Source: a virus
Taxonomy: Duplodnaviria > Caudoviricetes
IMG/VR virus record: IMGVR_UViG_3300028638_000444
Coordinates: 1 to 29,868 of that record
Length of the DNA: 29,868 nt
Reading direction: 5' to 3' (one strand)
Part shown: piece after piece, positions 1-9,263 of the stretch
Numbering within the stretch: the first letter of the stretch is position 1
Layout: each line of letters opens with the position of its first letter
Made by a program: the position numbers and the translations under genes
Notes under the pieces: model-generated
The model's database searches: none
What the model was told of the DNA's origin: nothing
What the model saw: only the letters and a program-made list of their open reading frames with translations

Positions 1-1269
1 TTAGTTAATGTACCAGCATTTTTGTAAACCTATGCTTGAAAAAGCTTCAGGTAAATTCGCCCTTGGAATCTTAAAATATTCGTTTACACTGTCGAATACA
101 AAATAATCTAAGACGCCTTTGTCGGCGAACACAGTATTAAGATTTGTTTGTTCTTCCGGAAGACATATTTTTATCTCTCCATTTTTATAATAATTGATTG
201 TGATTGTAGACGTATCCGTAAGCGTGATTGTATCTTGATAAGTGAGAAGTCCATATGTCCTAGAAAATAAACCGGTTGTATCTACTGCCACGATATCAGT
301 GCCGGCACAGCCTATTGATTTAACCGTATTGCCTAAATCAGATACTTGCCAGGTTATACCTTTATCAGTTGATGATAATATTGTCGTTCCGTCAAAGCCA
401 TATATTCCAGAATCTTTAGAACATATTAATTCCATTTCTTTCGACGTTTTTTCCGTAAACGTCGTTTCGTCGTAGATGTAATTTTTATTATTGCCGGCTG
501 ATGTACAATTAACAAATAGTTCATCAGCGGATATTGGAATCATATGCTTTGGACGGTCTATCCCAGAAACAGACGAATATTCTCCTGTTATCGTCGTTGC
601 AACAAACAAATTCATATTGTCTGTAGCCCAAAATTTATTTTTCCAAAAAGCGCGGGATTGTTTGGCAGTTACGACTAATGCCTCTAATGTTAAATCGGCT
701 ATAGGTATCGCCGTATTGTTAATGAAAGAGATATAATCGCCAACCAAAAACAACGCTTCACGGTTGTTAATCCAAATATCTCCCGTTAAAGTAAACAGCG
801 CTACCTTTGTCGCGGTCTTAGTAATTGTATCTATTACCACTATTCCCGCAGCTCCGAAATCATCATCATCGTACATAAAAACAATTTTTGTACCACTGAC
901 AATCATTTTAGGACCTACTCTATTAAAAGTTTCAATTGTTAACCATTCCTCTGTCTCAGATTCCGGCGTAGCTTTTCCCCAATACTTCACTTTATTGTCG
1001 GAAGTAATGATATACTCGACTCCATCGACAACTGCATAGTCAAGAACATTTTCTATGCTTTTTGTTTTTGTAAAAATATTCCCTTTGGATGATGCCTCTT
1101 TCAACTTCACAACTTCAGCATATCCAAGAGGATAAGCTGATTTAGTTAACTGTTCGTTGTCGCCATAGCGTAATGCTTTAGCATTAGGAGTAGCGACGAT
1201 TTTGTCAAACAAAACTAACGAACCGCCAGATTTTCCGCCCTGTAACAATGCCTGTAAAATTCCGCTCAT
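1..1269 (-). CDS. Putative tail fibre/receptor-binding protein with beta-propeller-like core
   Basis: 422 aa, beta-rich, Asp-box/BNR-like motif SSTDKGITW. The termini (LTKSAYP ... YFKIPR) resemble halves of a tail-collar-like domain. Lies after the tail tip genes. Confidence 0.5.
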   Translation of the reverse strand: MSGILQALLQGGKSGGSLVLFDKIVATPNAKALRYGDNEQLTKSAYPLGYAEVVKLKEASSKGNIFTKTKSIENVLDYAVVDGVEYIITSDNKVKYWGKATPESETEEWLTIETFNRVGPKMIVSGTKIVFMYDDDDFGAAGIVVIDTITKTATKVALFTLTGDIWINNREALFLVGDYISFINNTAIPIADLTLEALVVTAKQSRAFWKNKFWATDNMNLFVATTITGEYSSVSGIDRPKHMIPISADELFVNCTSAGNNKNYIYDETTFTEKTSKEMELICSKDSGIYGFDGTTILSSTDKGITWQVSDLGNTVKSIGCAGTDIVAVDTTGLFSRTYGLLTYQDTITLTDTSTITINYYKNGEIKICLPEEQTNLNTVFADKGVLDYFVFDSVNEYFKIPRANLPEAFSSIGLQKCWYIN

Positions 1270-1566
1270 TTATTGAACCTCCACTATTAAATCGGATGAA
1301 GTAACGCCGGTAAGATCACATTTAACGTAAATATTTTCGAATCTTAAAAAAGTAAAAGAATTAATTTCTAATTCAACTTGAACGCCATCTTCCTTTAAGG
1401 GATAAAAAGTTATGCCGTCTTGCGAAGCTGTCAATTTCACAGTTCCTGCAGATACGGTTCCTCTTGCCAAAATATTAATTCCCTGAATCGGTCCGGAACT
1501 TTTAGCGGCCACGTCTTTAAGATTTACGGCCATGTTTAAATTTTCTGATTGGTCTACAATTTTCAT
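1270..1566 (-). CDS. Hypothetical small beta-rich protein, probably virion-associated
   Basis: 98 aa ORF coupled to both neighbours (ATGA overlap upstream, abutting the next ATG downstream) in the fibre region. Confidence 0.6.
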   Translation of the reverse strand: MKIVDQSENLNMAVNLKDVAAKSSGPIQGINILARGTVSAGTVKLTASQDGITFYPLKEDGVQVELEINSFTFLRFENIYVKCDLTGVTSSDLIVEVQ

Positions 1567-1886
1567 CTTTTCCCCCTCAAATTAATTGCTACTTTTTCAA
1601 TTTTGTCTGCTATGTCTTTGACTTCCTGACTAACATTTGTTACGGCTATTATCTCTCTTAAAGCTCTTGTATATCCTGTTTGACTTTCTAAAGTTTTAAC
1701 TTCTATTTTTAATTTTTCTTCTTCGGATTGTTTCGGAGCATAACCTTTTAAATACCATTGCCCATTGTATGCCTGCTCTACTTCTTGCTCGGTCATACCT
1801 ATTTTTTTGTAATATTCAACATTAGTCCCTATCCCGACTTCACACTCTTTTGTTTCTTGATTTATTACTTTTGAATATTTTTTCAT
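1563..1886 (-). CDS. Hypothetical protein, possible tail-fibre assembly chaperone
   Basis: Start moved to MKKYSKV at 1886 (TAATG overlap with the upstream stop, AAGGAG RBS); 107 aa. Follows a fibre gene; AYNGQWYLKGYAP motif then a helical C-terminus. Confidence 0.55.
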   Translation of the reverse strand: MKKYSKVINQETKECEVGIGTNVEYYKKIGMTEQEVEQAYNGQWYLKGYAPKQSEEEKLKIEVKTLESQTGYTRALREIIAVTNVSQEVKDIADKIEKVAINLRGKR

Positions 1887-2845
1887 TAATTTGCTCCTTT
1901 GCAAGGATAAAATGTAAATTGAGTCATAGCTGCGCCAGAAGAATTGCCCATTGAACAGTGAACACCTTTTGGTATATAAAAAAATAAAGATGCATAAGTA
2001 GGACCGCTTCCTCCATCTATAATAGTGAAAAAATCTTCACCGACATACGCTCTTACAAAACCAGGATTAGAATATCCTTGGCAATATATCCATCCATTGC
2101 TTTCTGCTGTAAATCCTGAATAAGATTTTGATACTCCAGAAGAATAATCAGGAGCAAATAAATCTGAATACCTATTAATATGATAGCCATTGTAATTATA
2201 CGGTGCTGTTATGGTGGATATTATTATACCTGAAGCTACTACAACAGTCCCTAAATGTACAGAATTAAACAGCTGCCAAGCAGAACCATCATATTTCGCT
2301 GCTTGTAATAATTCCTTCGATGTGTCCAAATGGACGGCGCCATTGATAGGCGAAGCAGGAAATACTTTCGACCTTGTGATTGCATTCGGCAAAACAAGGA
2401 TTGTTCCAGCAGAATTAACGAAAATCTCCCAAGTACCATCGGCATAAGTAGCCATCGAAATACTTGATATAGATGATAATGTGAATGTGCTACCGGTAGC
2501 TGTAGTTGCCGTTAAGGATATATAATTAGATCCGCCAACTTTAAAATTAAGTTTCCCGCTAATACTTCCATCGATTTCAAGGATATCTGAATTACCGGAA
2601 GAATCGACATTCCCTGAATTAACAGCAAACGGCGTATACATAGATTGTTGAATCGTAGGAGTAATTACTCCAGTCATTGCAATCCACGAACCTCCATTGT
2701 GCCAGTATAATACATTCTCGTCAGTAGCATAATAAAAAGGACATTTTGCATTTGCCGGTGATATTGGCCGTGATAATAATACGCCTGTTGGATATGGCGT
2801 ATGCAGGTCTAAATTTTCAAGATTTTTATGTTTTTCATTTGACAT
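1886..2845 (-). CDS. Putative tail fibre protein
   Basis: 319 aa, S/T/G-rich, GGAGG RBS. Fibre-type motifs YYATDENVLYWHNGGSW and C-terminal PDYSSG...AESNGW...IPKG...FYPCKG. Directly after the gpJ-like gene. Confidence 0.65.
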   Translation of the reverse strand: MSNEKHKNLENLDLHTPYPTGVLLSRPISPANAKCPFYYATDENVLYWHNGGSWIAMTGVITPTIQQSMYTPFAVNSGNVDSSGNSDILEIDGSISGKLNFKVGGSNYISLTATTATGSTFTLSSISSISMATYADGTWEIFVNSAGTILVLPNAITRSKVFPASPINGAVHLDTSKELLQAAKYDGSAWQLFNSVHLGTVVVASGIIISTITAPYNYNGYHINRYSDLFAPDYSSGVSKSYSGFTAESNGWIYCQGYSNPGFVRAYVGEDFFTIIDGGSGPTYASLFFYIPKGVHCSMGNSSGAAMTQFTFYPCKGAN

Positions 2846-2855
2846 ATATAGCCTC

Positions 2856-5591
2856 CTAAATTCTATCTACAATAATCTTTTGTCCGTCTTCGGTATAAAT
2901 ATTTTCTTCATCTACAGTAACGACATCAATCTCTTCATCATAAACCGCTTCGTTATATTCGATAGCAGATATTTCAATATCGAGGTCTTCCGTTCTTCTC
3001 ATATTCATCACTTTGTATTGGCCATAACTTTCAGTGCTTTCATACAAAGCAAAAATATTCCCAGCTTCCGGAGTAAAATCATGATCGACAAGTATATTTC
3101 TTGTGGTCTCCGGATTAATATTTTTTATTGATTTTTTGACAATAGTATCATCTGACAGTCTTATAACGATAGTATATTGTTTGTTAAGCTCAATCGACAT
3201 ATCACAATCAATGACACAAACACCGGAAGAATAAGAAACTATTCTGCCACTTTTAATAAATGAATTATTATCATGAACAACAGCGATAATATCTCCAGGC
3301 TGACACATTACGGCATCAACCGCAGCGGAAAAAGAAACTGTTTTGTCAATTAATTGGCTAACTTTAAGAATATATTTACCATACAGGATTGCATAATCTT
3401 CGTCATTGGCAAAAACTCTTACTGATGTTTTTTTAATTCTGTTAAGCTCAATGTCTTCGATATCTTCAACGACGACAATATCTTGCTTGTAATTGTTTGT
3501 TCTATCGTAATACGTTACTTCAATCGTATTATATTTTTCTTTATGCGATTTAATCGTTTCTTTAAACGATCCTTCAATTATGTTTCCCATTGTAAACATT
3601 TGAGTTACTATTTCAGGCTTATCAATGACCGCTTTAATTTTACCTTCACTGAAAAAAACAAAGCCTTTGAAAGATAAGGCTATATTCGATATTATGTCAA
3701 TGACTTGCGTAATTGAGTCAATGACAATATCAAGTCTCAAACGTTTCTTTGCTTTAGTAATATTTTCAACATCGTAAGTACCAGGTGCAAGGGTATCACA
3801 ATATTTCGCTAAACTTTTAAAATTCTCTATATCAATATCGTCTGCCGAAATAAAGTTACCGGCACCGTATCTTTTATTGGTAAGGAAATCATATAAACAC
3901 CAGATAGGATTTGCAGAATACTGCTTAAGCAAAGTGCTATCATAAATCAACTCAGAACCGTCAGAAATGAGTTTATATACATTATTTCCACTATCGTAAT
4001 AATAATCATCATATCCAACTAAATTGCCTTGTGAATCTTTAATTTGAGGAGCCAAGACTTTAAGCCCTTTAATATAGGATGTTATTGTCGGGATATTGCT
4101 GCTTATCTGCTCAGATGCCGGTATTGTTACACCAAGCAAAGCCGTATTAGGATAGGTGGCAGTTCTCTCAATGAATTCGTTTATATTGACAATATCGCAC
4201 TCACCATAATAATATTGATTGTCCGGATCATCAGTTAATTTTGAAACACGAATATCATAGCGACCTGCAGCTAAGCCGCTGACAGTAATTACTTTTCTAT
4301 ACACATCTTTTGTTTTGTAATTAACAACAATAGTTCCGTTGTCAATCCAAGTCTCTGAAGTTGATAATTTATATTCGACTTTAAGATTTACTGACCATTG
4401 ATTAAAATCACCGCTATCATTCGTTGACCATATCCCGTAAGGGAAAGTCAGATTAATTTCAAAGCCGTTAATATTATTATTAATTGTAGTGTAGTTGTAT
4501 TTAATATTTTTTAATAGCTTAGAATTAATCTGAAAAAAATTATTGAGATTTTCAAAGCCGTTAATAAGGCTTTGAGCATTCAATCCGTTCCTTGCCAAGA
4601 AAGTAGCTTTTTCATAGTTGGTTATTGGATTATCGTCAATCTGTATATCGGATATTTGTTCGACTTCTCCCTCTCCGAGACCAAGCAATACATTTAATTT
4701 CTGCGAGAACTCTTCAGGTATACTTTGCAAAATACCGAAATTAACAAATTGTAAAACTGCTTGTGAATTTATAACAATTTGAATGTCATAAAAATCATAA
4801 GCCAATTCATCTGATTGAAGAGTATATGGTCTGTTAAAAATAAGATTATATGCAATAGAATTATTAAAAGAGCTCTCGGAAGTCTTTTTGTAATAGACTG
4901 TAACCCATTGAGTTACACCTGATAAAAAACCTAAAGCAAAAGCGTTAATTTTGAGTAAACTTTTTAAATCTCTTTTATAGTATCTTGCGCCGCCAGATGT
5001 ATAACTTTCTACCCAGCCACTATCAGTATAATCTGTTCCGGAAGCGGCAGTAAAAAATACCATTTCGCTACTGCCTGATTGTTTTAAACTAAGATTAATA
5101 ATGTTTCCGCCGACTCTGTTCTCTCCATATATGACACCGATAGGAATACCTACGTCTTGCGTATTCTCTATTCCGTCCCAACCATAAGTCGGGGAGCTGT
5201 CGTCTACAGAACTGCTGCTTGTAGATTTACCATAGTTAGGCTTTGGAGATATTTTTGCGGCGATCCAATTTATTCCGATCATACCTGCAGACCAGAAAGC
5301 CCAGGCGCCGACAACTCCAAAACCACCGAGAGCAACTAAACCGGCTACAGCAATGCCGGTATAAATATCCGAATTATTAATATCCGGAATAACAACTATA
5401 GAGGAATTATCCTGAATAGTTTTATTAAGTTCAAATTCACGAACTCCGTTGACAATAATTTTATGGTCAAGGATTCTTATTTTTTTAGATTTAAGAATAT
5501 CTGCAATACTCAGACCTTCTGAATATTCAACAGTAAACTCTTGTCTGTTATTTTTGTCGAGAATATTTTTTATTAATTTAATTTTTATCAT
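2856..5591 (-). CDS. Tail tip / host-specificity protein (lambda gpI-gpJ-like fusion)
   Basis: N-terminal ubiquitin-like gpI region with a hydrophobic Gly/Ala stretch and GIPIGVIYGENRVGG. Then gpJ motifs LGEGEV, YPNTAL, NPIWCLYDFLTNKRYGAG, KYCD, FTMGNIIEGSF, PGDII, AIEYNEAVYD. Confidence 0.9.
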   Translation of the reverse strand: MIKIKLIKNILDKNNRQEFTVEYSEGLSIADILKSKKIRILDHKIIVNGVREFELNKTIQDNSSIVVIPDINNSDIYTGIAVAGLVALGGFGVVGAWAFWSAGMIGINWIAAKISPKPNYGKSTSSSSVDDSSPTYGWDGIENTQDVGIPIGVIYGENRVGGNIINLSLKQSGSSEMVFFTAASGTDYTDSGWVESYTSGGARYYKRDLKSLLKINAFALGFLSGVTQWVTVYYKKTSESSFNNSIAYNLIFNRPYTLQSDELAYDFYDIQIVINSQAVLQFVNFGILQSIPEEFSQKLNVLLGLGEGEVEQISDIQIDDNPITNYEKATFLARNGLNAQSLINGFENLNNFFQINSKLLKNIKYNYTTINNNINGFEINLTFPYGIWSTNDSGDFNQWSVNLKVEYKLSTSETWIDNGTIVVNYKTKDVYRKVITVSGLAAGRYDIRVSKLTDDPDNQYYYGECDIVNINEFIERTATYPNTALLGVTIPASEQISSNIPTITSYIKGLKVLAPQIKDSQGNLVGYDDYYYDSGNNVYKLISDGSELIYDSTLLKQYSANPIWCLYDFLTNKRYGAGNFISADDIDIENFKSLAKYCDTLAPGTYDVENITKAKKRLRLDIVIDSITQVIDIISNIALSFKGFVFFSEGKIKAVIDKPEIVTQMFTMGNIIEGSFKETIKSHKEKYNTIEVTYYDRTNNYKQDIVVVEDIEDIELNRIKKTSVRVFANDEDYAILYGKYILKVSQLIDKTVSFSAAVDAVMCQPGDIIAVVHDNNSFIKSGRIVSYSSGVCVIDCDMSIELNKQYTIVIRLSDDTIVKKSIKNINPETTRNILVDHDFTPEAGNIFALYESTESYGQYKVMNMRRTEDLDIEISAIEYNEAVYDEEIDVVTVDEENIYTEDGQKIIVDRI

Positions 5592-5986
5592 TTTAATCTG
5601 AAAAATCCGTAAATTTTATTTTTAAATTTATTTAAATGACTGAATGTTACTCCGTGCTTTCTTGTAGCCTGTACAAATATATCTTCGCCTAAAAACAATC
5701 CGCAATGATTTACTACGTCATCGCAATTTCTAAAAAAAACGATGTCGAACTTCTGCGGATCATCAACTTTAATCCATTGTTGATGATAATTCTCGATAAA
5801 AAGATTTTGATCTTTATACCACTCTTCGTCAAAATCTAACTTATCTAGATCAATAAGTTCTTTTTTTAAAAACTCTTTATAAATTAATACTATTAATCCC
5901 CAGCAATCGACACCGCTATAATCACGGCCATGCAGTTTATAAGGTATCTTGATTAAAGCTTTGTTCATCAGATTTGTACTGTTCAT
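5588..5986 (-). CDS. NlpC/P60 tail tip assembly protein (gpK-like, no JAB domain)
   Basis: PYKLHGRDYSGVDCWGL catalytic Cys motif and HCGLFLG; located between gpL-like and gpJ-like genes. Confidence 0.92.
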   Translation of the reverse strand: MNSTNLMNKALIKIPYKLHGRDYSGVDCWGLIVLIYKEFLKKELIDLDKLDFDEEWYKDQNLFIENYHQQWIKVDDPQKFDIVFFRNCDDVVNHCGLFLGEDIFVQATRKHGVTFSHLNKFKNKIYGFFRLK

Positions 5987-6585
5987 ATCTGATACACCTT
6001 CTTAGGCGGAATCCCTGGAAATCCACCAAAATTATCAGTATTTGCTAGTTCAATGCAACGTGCTAATTTTTTATTGCATTCTGTATCTGCGCCTGAATAC
6101 TTGCATTCAGCGCCCTGAAACTGCCATCTGCAATATGTCCTTGTATAAATACGCCCTGGGAGTTGCACACCCATGACGTCAAATTTTGTTGACAACGTAA
6201 AAATGACAGTTTGTTCAGACGTTTCAAAACTATCTATGTAAAATACATCTTCAATCTTTGCGTCCGTATCATCAATTTTATCTTTAAAAATTATGATTAT
6301 TTTGACCTTGCATTTGCGTAGCTCGTTTTGGTCAATTATAGATTGTATTTCCCGTGAAACATTTGAAACTGATACTTGTATAGTCTCAATTTCATTGTTT
6401 CCATTTTCTGCTATATTTTCATAATTTATAGGATAAGGCTGGTATGAATTCCCGTCAAAAGTAATTGGATTATCATTTGATACAAAACGTAAAATATTCG
6501 TATCAGATATATATAATTCAAAGAGCGTATAATAGCTCAAATTAGTTTTATTTTTTTCTGTGATCAAATTAGTAACTTGCCTCAT
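5983..6585 (-). CDS. Minor tail protein (lambda gpL-like, Fe-S Cys motif)
   Basis: LPGR...CRWQFQGAECKY...CNKKLARC...NFGGFPGI four-Cys C-terminus typical of gpL. Confidence 0.9.
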   Translation of the reverse strand: MRQVTNLITEKNKTNLSYYTLFELYISDTNILRFVSNDNPITFDGNSYQPYPINYENIAENGNNEIETIQVSVSNVSREIQSIIDQNELRKCKVKIIIIFKDKIDDTDAKIEDVFYIDSFETSEQTVIFTLSTKFDVMGVQLPGRIYTRTYCRWQFQGAECKYSGADTECNKKLARCIELANTDNFGGFPGIPPKKVYQI

Positions 6586-6926
6586 GCAGAAACCTCTTTT
6601 AAAATAACAGAATAGTTGTATAGGTCATATTTCAACTGTTCTACCGACAAACTTCCATCCTTAAACCTAACGAAATATTGAGTATTATCCTCAGGATTGG
6701 TCCAATTAAAAGCTTTTAAATTTCCTTTTTGACTGTCGAAAAAAGCAACGAAAAGATTCTTCTCAGAGGCTGTACGAAGTTTATAAGACAATGACCACTC
6801 CCTATTCGGATTATCTCTTTTTTGTCTTCTTTGTTCGGCGCCGTTTTCAAAAGTACTTATTATTGTTGTGTATTCTTTCGTTAGTTGTATTGCTTGATCA
6901 GGAACAAATGATAAAGTATCAGGCAT
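6582..6926 (-). CDS. Distal tail protein (gpM/DUF2460-like)
   Basis: 114 aa following the TMP; FENGAEQR, FF..QKG..KAFNWTNP and VRF motifs. Confidence 0.85.
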   Translation of the reverse strand: MPDTLSFVPDQAIQLTKEYTTIISTFENGAEQRRQKRDNPNREWSLSYKLRTASEKNLFVAFFDSQKGNLKAFNWTNPEDNTQYFVRFKDGSLSVEQLKYDLYNYSVILKEVSA

Positions 6927-8598
6927 TTTGCACCGCCTTTCTTATTGATCCGTTTTTAGCTATTGCATCTTGAATAATAGAAACAATCGCTTTTTTATTC
7001 CTTAATATATCGCTGGCATCCCAAGTCTGTAAGCTGATATAAACAGGCTGACCGCCACCAGATGCTGCAACATTCCCAGAGTTGATAGCATTAAGAGAAT
7101 CTTTTCCACCGATTGCAGTCATTCCTAACCTAGATACTACTCCTTCGCCTTTTTGAAGTCTGACATCGACCTCGTCAAAAGCGCGCCCGGAGTGTGCATA
7201 AGGAATATATCCGCCTTGATGTTTAGTCCCTAAAAGAAATTTTCCGATAGAAGAAGATTCCCCAAATATGCCCGTTAATGCAGATACGGTTAAATATTGC
7301 GCTATAATATCTGATATCATTCTTAATACTGAATCTGTGAAATTAGAAAAAGCATCTTGAAGACTTTCTAAATCGCCCTTAAATATTGCAAAAAAAGAAT
7401 CGCTGAAATATGTAGACATCGCTGTCGATGTTTTTTGAGCAATTTGTTTGCCGAATTCAGCAAAATTCTTCAGGTCGTTTATTGACTTCTTTATACCAAC
7501 AGAAAAACCTGTAATAAAACCCTCATTGCCAACTAATTTATATGAACTAATTCTGTCTATTTCTTCTTTTATTTTCCGAAAATTTACTATCATATTATCA
7601 GAAGGATCTATTGAGTTCATCTGTCCAGACATAGCAACAATCTCTTCTATATATTTTTTCAATTCTTTTACTTTATCAACAGGAGTTTTAAACATTTCTG
7701 CTAAAACTCCGTTATTTTTAGAAAGTACTTCTCCAGCTCTTTTGAGACTATTGTTCATCGCATCTTCGGAAGATTGTGCCAGAAGGTCAAGTTGTTCTCG
7801 GACATAAGTTATACCTTTTGCAAGTTCTTCAAAACCTTTATTCCCAGGGATTTTACCAATCAGGCTAAAAACTTTTTCAGAAGGTATTAATAAAAAATTT
7901 ATAGTTTTAAATAGATTCATGAAATCTCGCTGAGCGCCAGCAATGAATTTTAAGAATATTGATTCTGTTTTTGATAATGCCGGTATAACTTTTGTCTCGA
8001 AACTATCATTCCAGTCAGTAGCGAATTTATAAGTCACATATGACAAAAGCGTTATTAATGCAATTATACCTGCTATATAAGGATTTAATAATGCAAATTT
8101 TGTAAAAACAACAATTAATTTGCCGACATTAATTATTAAACTAATAATTCTAGCTCCAAATGATCCTAATACCCCTATGACAACACCAACAACTGCAGTA
8201 ATAGCCATAATTCGTACGATTTTTTCTTTAAGTGTTGAATCCAACTTTTGTATATACCTAGTAACATTAACAACTACATTTATAAATCGATTATATGTTG
8301 GTAATAATGCATTAGTTAGTTCAAGTTGCAAAGCAGTATATGTATTTGTTAATCTATCATTGGCTTGTGCGGCTTGCAAAGAATATTTGCCGGCATTTGC
8401 TAAAGCCAATCCAAATACGCCTGATATTGCTGTACCAATAAATGCTATATCTCCAGCAACACGTCTTGCTTGTTTTGCCGCTTTGTCTAAAGATTGTAAA
8501 GAGTCTTTTGTTTTGTCGAGAGTCCTTGATATTCTTGCGAGGTCTCCGGTAATTTTGCTTTGCAGAGTTAATAATATGTTAATGTTTTTGTCTGACAT
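6919..8598 (-). CDS. Tail tape measure protein
   Basis: Start moved to MSDKNIN at 8598 (GAGGGAG RBS); 559 aa, helical with hydrophobic segments. C-terminal HQGG...HSG...DEV...LQKGEGV motif. Follows the chaperone pair. Confidence 0.88.
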   Translation of the reverse strand: MSDKNINILLTLQSKITGDLARISRTLDKTKDSLQSLDKAAKQARRVAGDIAFIGTAISGVFGLALANAGKYSLQAAQANDRLTNTYTALQLELTNALLPTYNRFINVVVNVTRYIQKLDSTLKEKIVRIMAITAVVGVVIGVLGSFGARIISLIINVGKLIVVFTKFALLNPYIAGIIALITLLSYVTYKFATDWNDSFETKVIPALSKTESIFLKFIAGAQRDFMNLFKTINFLLIPSEKVFSLIGKIPGNKGFEELAKGITYVREQLDLLAQSSEDAMNNSLKRAGEVLSKNNGVLAEMFKTPVDKVKELKKYIEEIVAMSGQMNSIDPSDNMIVNFRKIKEEIDRISSYKLVGNEGFITGFSVGIKKSINDLKNFAEFGKQIAQKTSTAMSTYFSDSFFAIFKGDLESLQDAFSNFTDSVLRMISDIIAQYLTVSALTGIFGESSSIGKFLLGTKHQGGYIPYAHSGRAFDEVDVRLQKGEGVVSRLGMTAIGGKDSLNAINSGNVAASGGGQPVYISLQTWDASDILRNKKAIVSIIQDAIAKNGSIRKAVQNA

Positions 8599-8890
8599 CT
8601 TTCTCCCTCTCTTCAATATCCTTGATAATTCTCTCTATAATCTCACAAGCTTCAATCAATTTATTTGGCTGCTGCATCCATGTCCCTGTATTCGGGAAAA
8701 ACCCTCTTTTAAAAAAAGAATACGCTTGTAAAAGCTTTACTTCTTGTAATCCGACAAATGTTCGTGGGCACCTATTTATTTCAAATCCTGCAAACTGTCC
8801 GTTAATTTCTTCACTACATCCTCTAGCTTTCTTGAGTTGCGTTGTACATTCCAGGCAATTTATCCCCTCATGAGCGCAATAAATTGCCAA
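8579..8890 (-). CDS. Tail assembly chaperone T portion (likely expressed as a GT frameshift fusion)
   Basis: Lies in the -1 frame relative to the upstream chaperone and has only a TTG start without an evident RBS. Cys motif CxxC...C...C; P..G.W..QP motif. Confidence 0.75.
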   Translation of the reverse strand: MAIYCAHEGINCLECTTQLKKARGCSEEINGQFAGFEINRCPRTFVGLQEVKLLQAYSFFKRGFFPNTGTWMQQPNKLIEACEIIERIIKDIEEREKDVRQKH

Positions 8891-8892
8891 TG

Positions 8893-9249
8893 CTAGTTTT
8901 TTTCTTCGTCCGGACTGATTTTGCTTGCGGACATAATCTCCTCAAACAATTCAGTTACTATATTAAAAGGGATAGCATTGATAACATCTTCCGTTATCTC
9001 TGTTATATCTTTTGGAGTTTCTCCTTCTTTTAAACAAATATTTTTAATTTCGACGACGCCTCTTATTACCGTCGGAAAAAAAGACTGCGCAGTTTTTTTT
9101 GTTTCAATTTTGTCATCACTGCCAGTTGAGATTGCAAGCATATCATATGTCGTCAATCCTCTGATAATAAACTTTGTTGGATTCTCCGAGTTTTTTTCAC
9201 TTTGTGGAATAAACTCTTTTTTTTCGTCTATGCTGATTCCTGTTATCAT
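8893..9249 (-). CDS. Tail assembly chaperone (gpG-like)
   Basis: 118 aa acidic ORF between tail tube and TMP ending EEKN at a slippery site; AAGGAG RBS. Confidence 0.82.
   Translation of the reverse strand: MITGISIDEKKEFIPQSEKNSENPTKFIIRGLTTYDMLAISTGSDDKIETKKTAQSFFPTVIRGVVEIKNICLKEGETPKDITEITEDVINAIPFNIVTELFEEIMSASKISPDEEKN
8896..8902 (-). other. -1 programmed ribosomal frameshift slippery heptamer A AAA AAC
   Basis: Minus strand reads GAA GAA AAA AAC TAG. A -1 slip gives AAA AAA CTA GCA TTG GCA ATT TAT TGC, in frame with ORF 8579..8890. Confidence 0.85.
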
Positions 9250-9263
9250 AAATCTCTCCTTTT

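Noticed and set aside
1886-2200. Fibre C-terminus as a diversity-generating retroelement target
   Set aside because: No reverse transcriptase, no template repeat copy and no downstream hairpin seen in the window.
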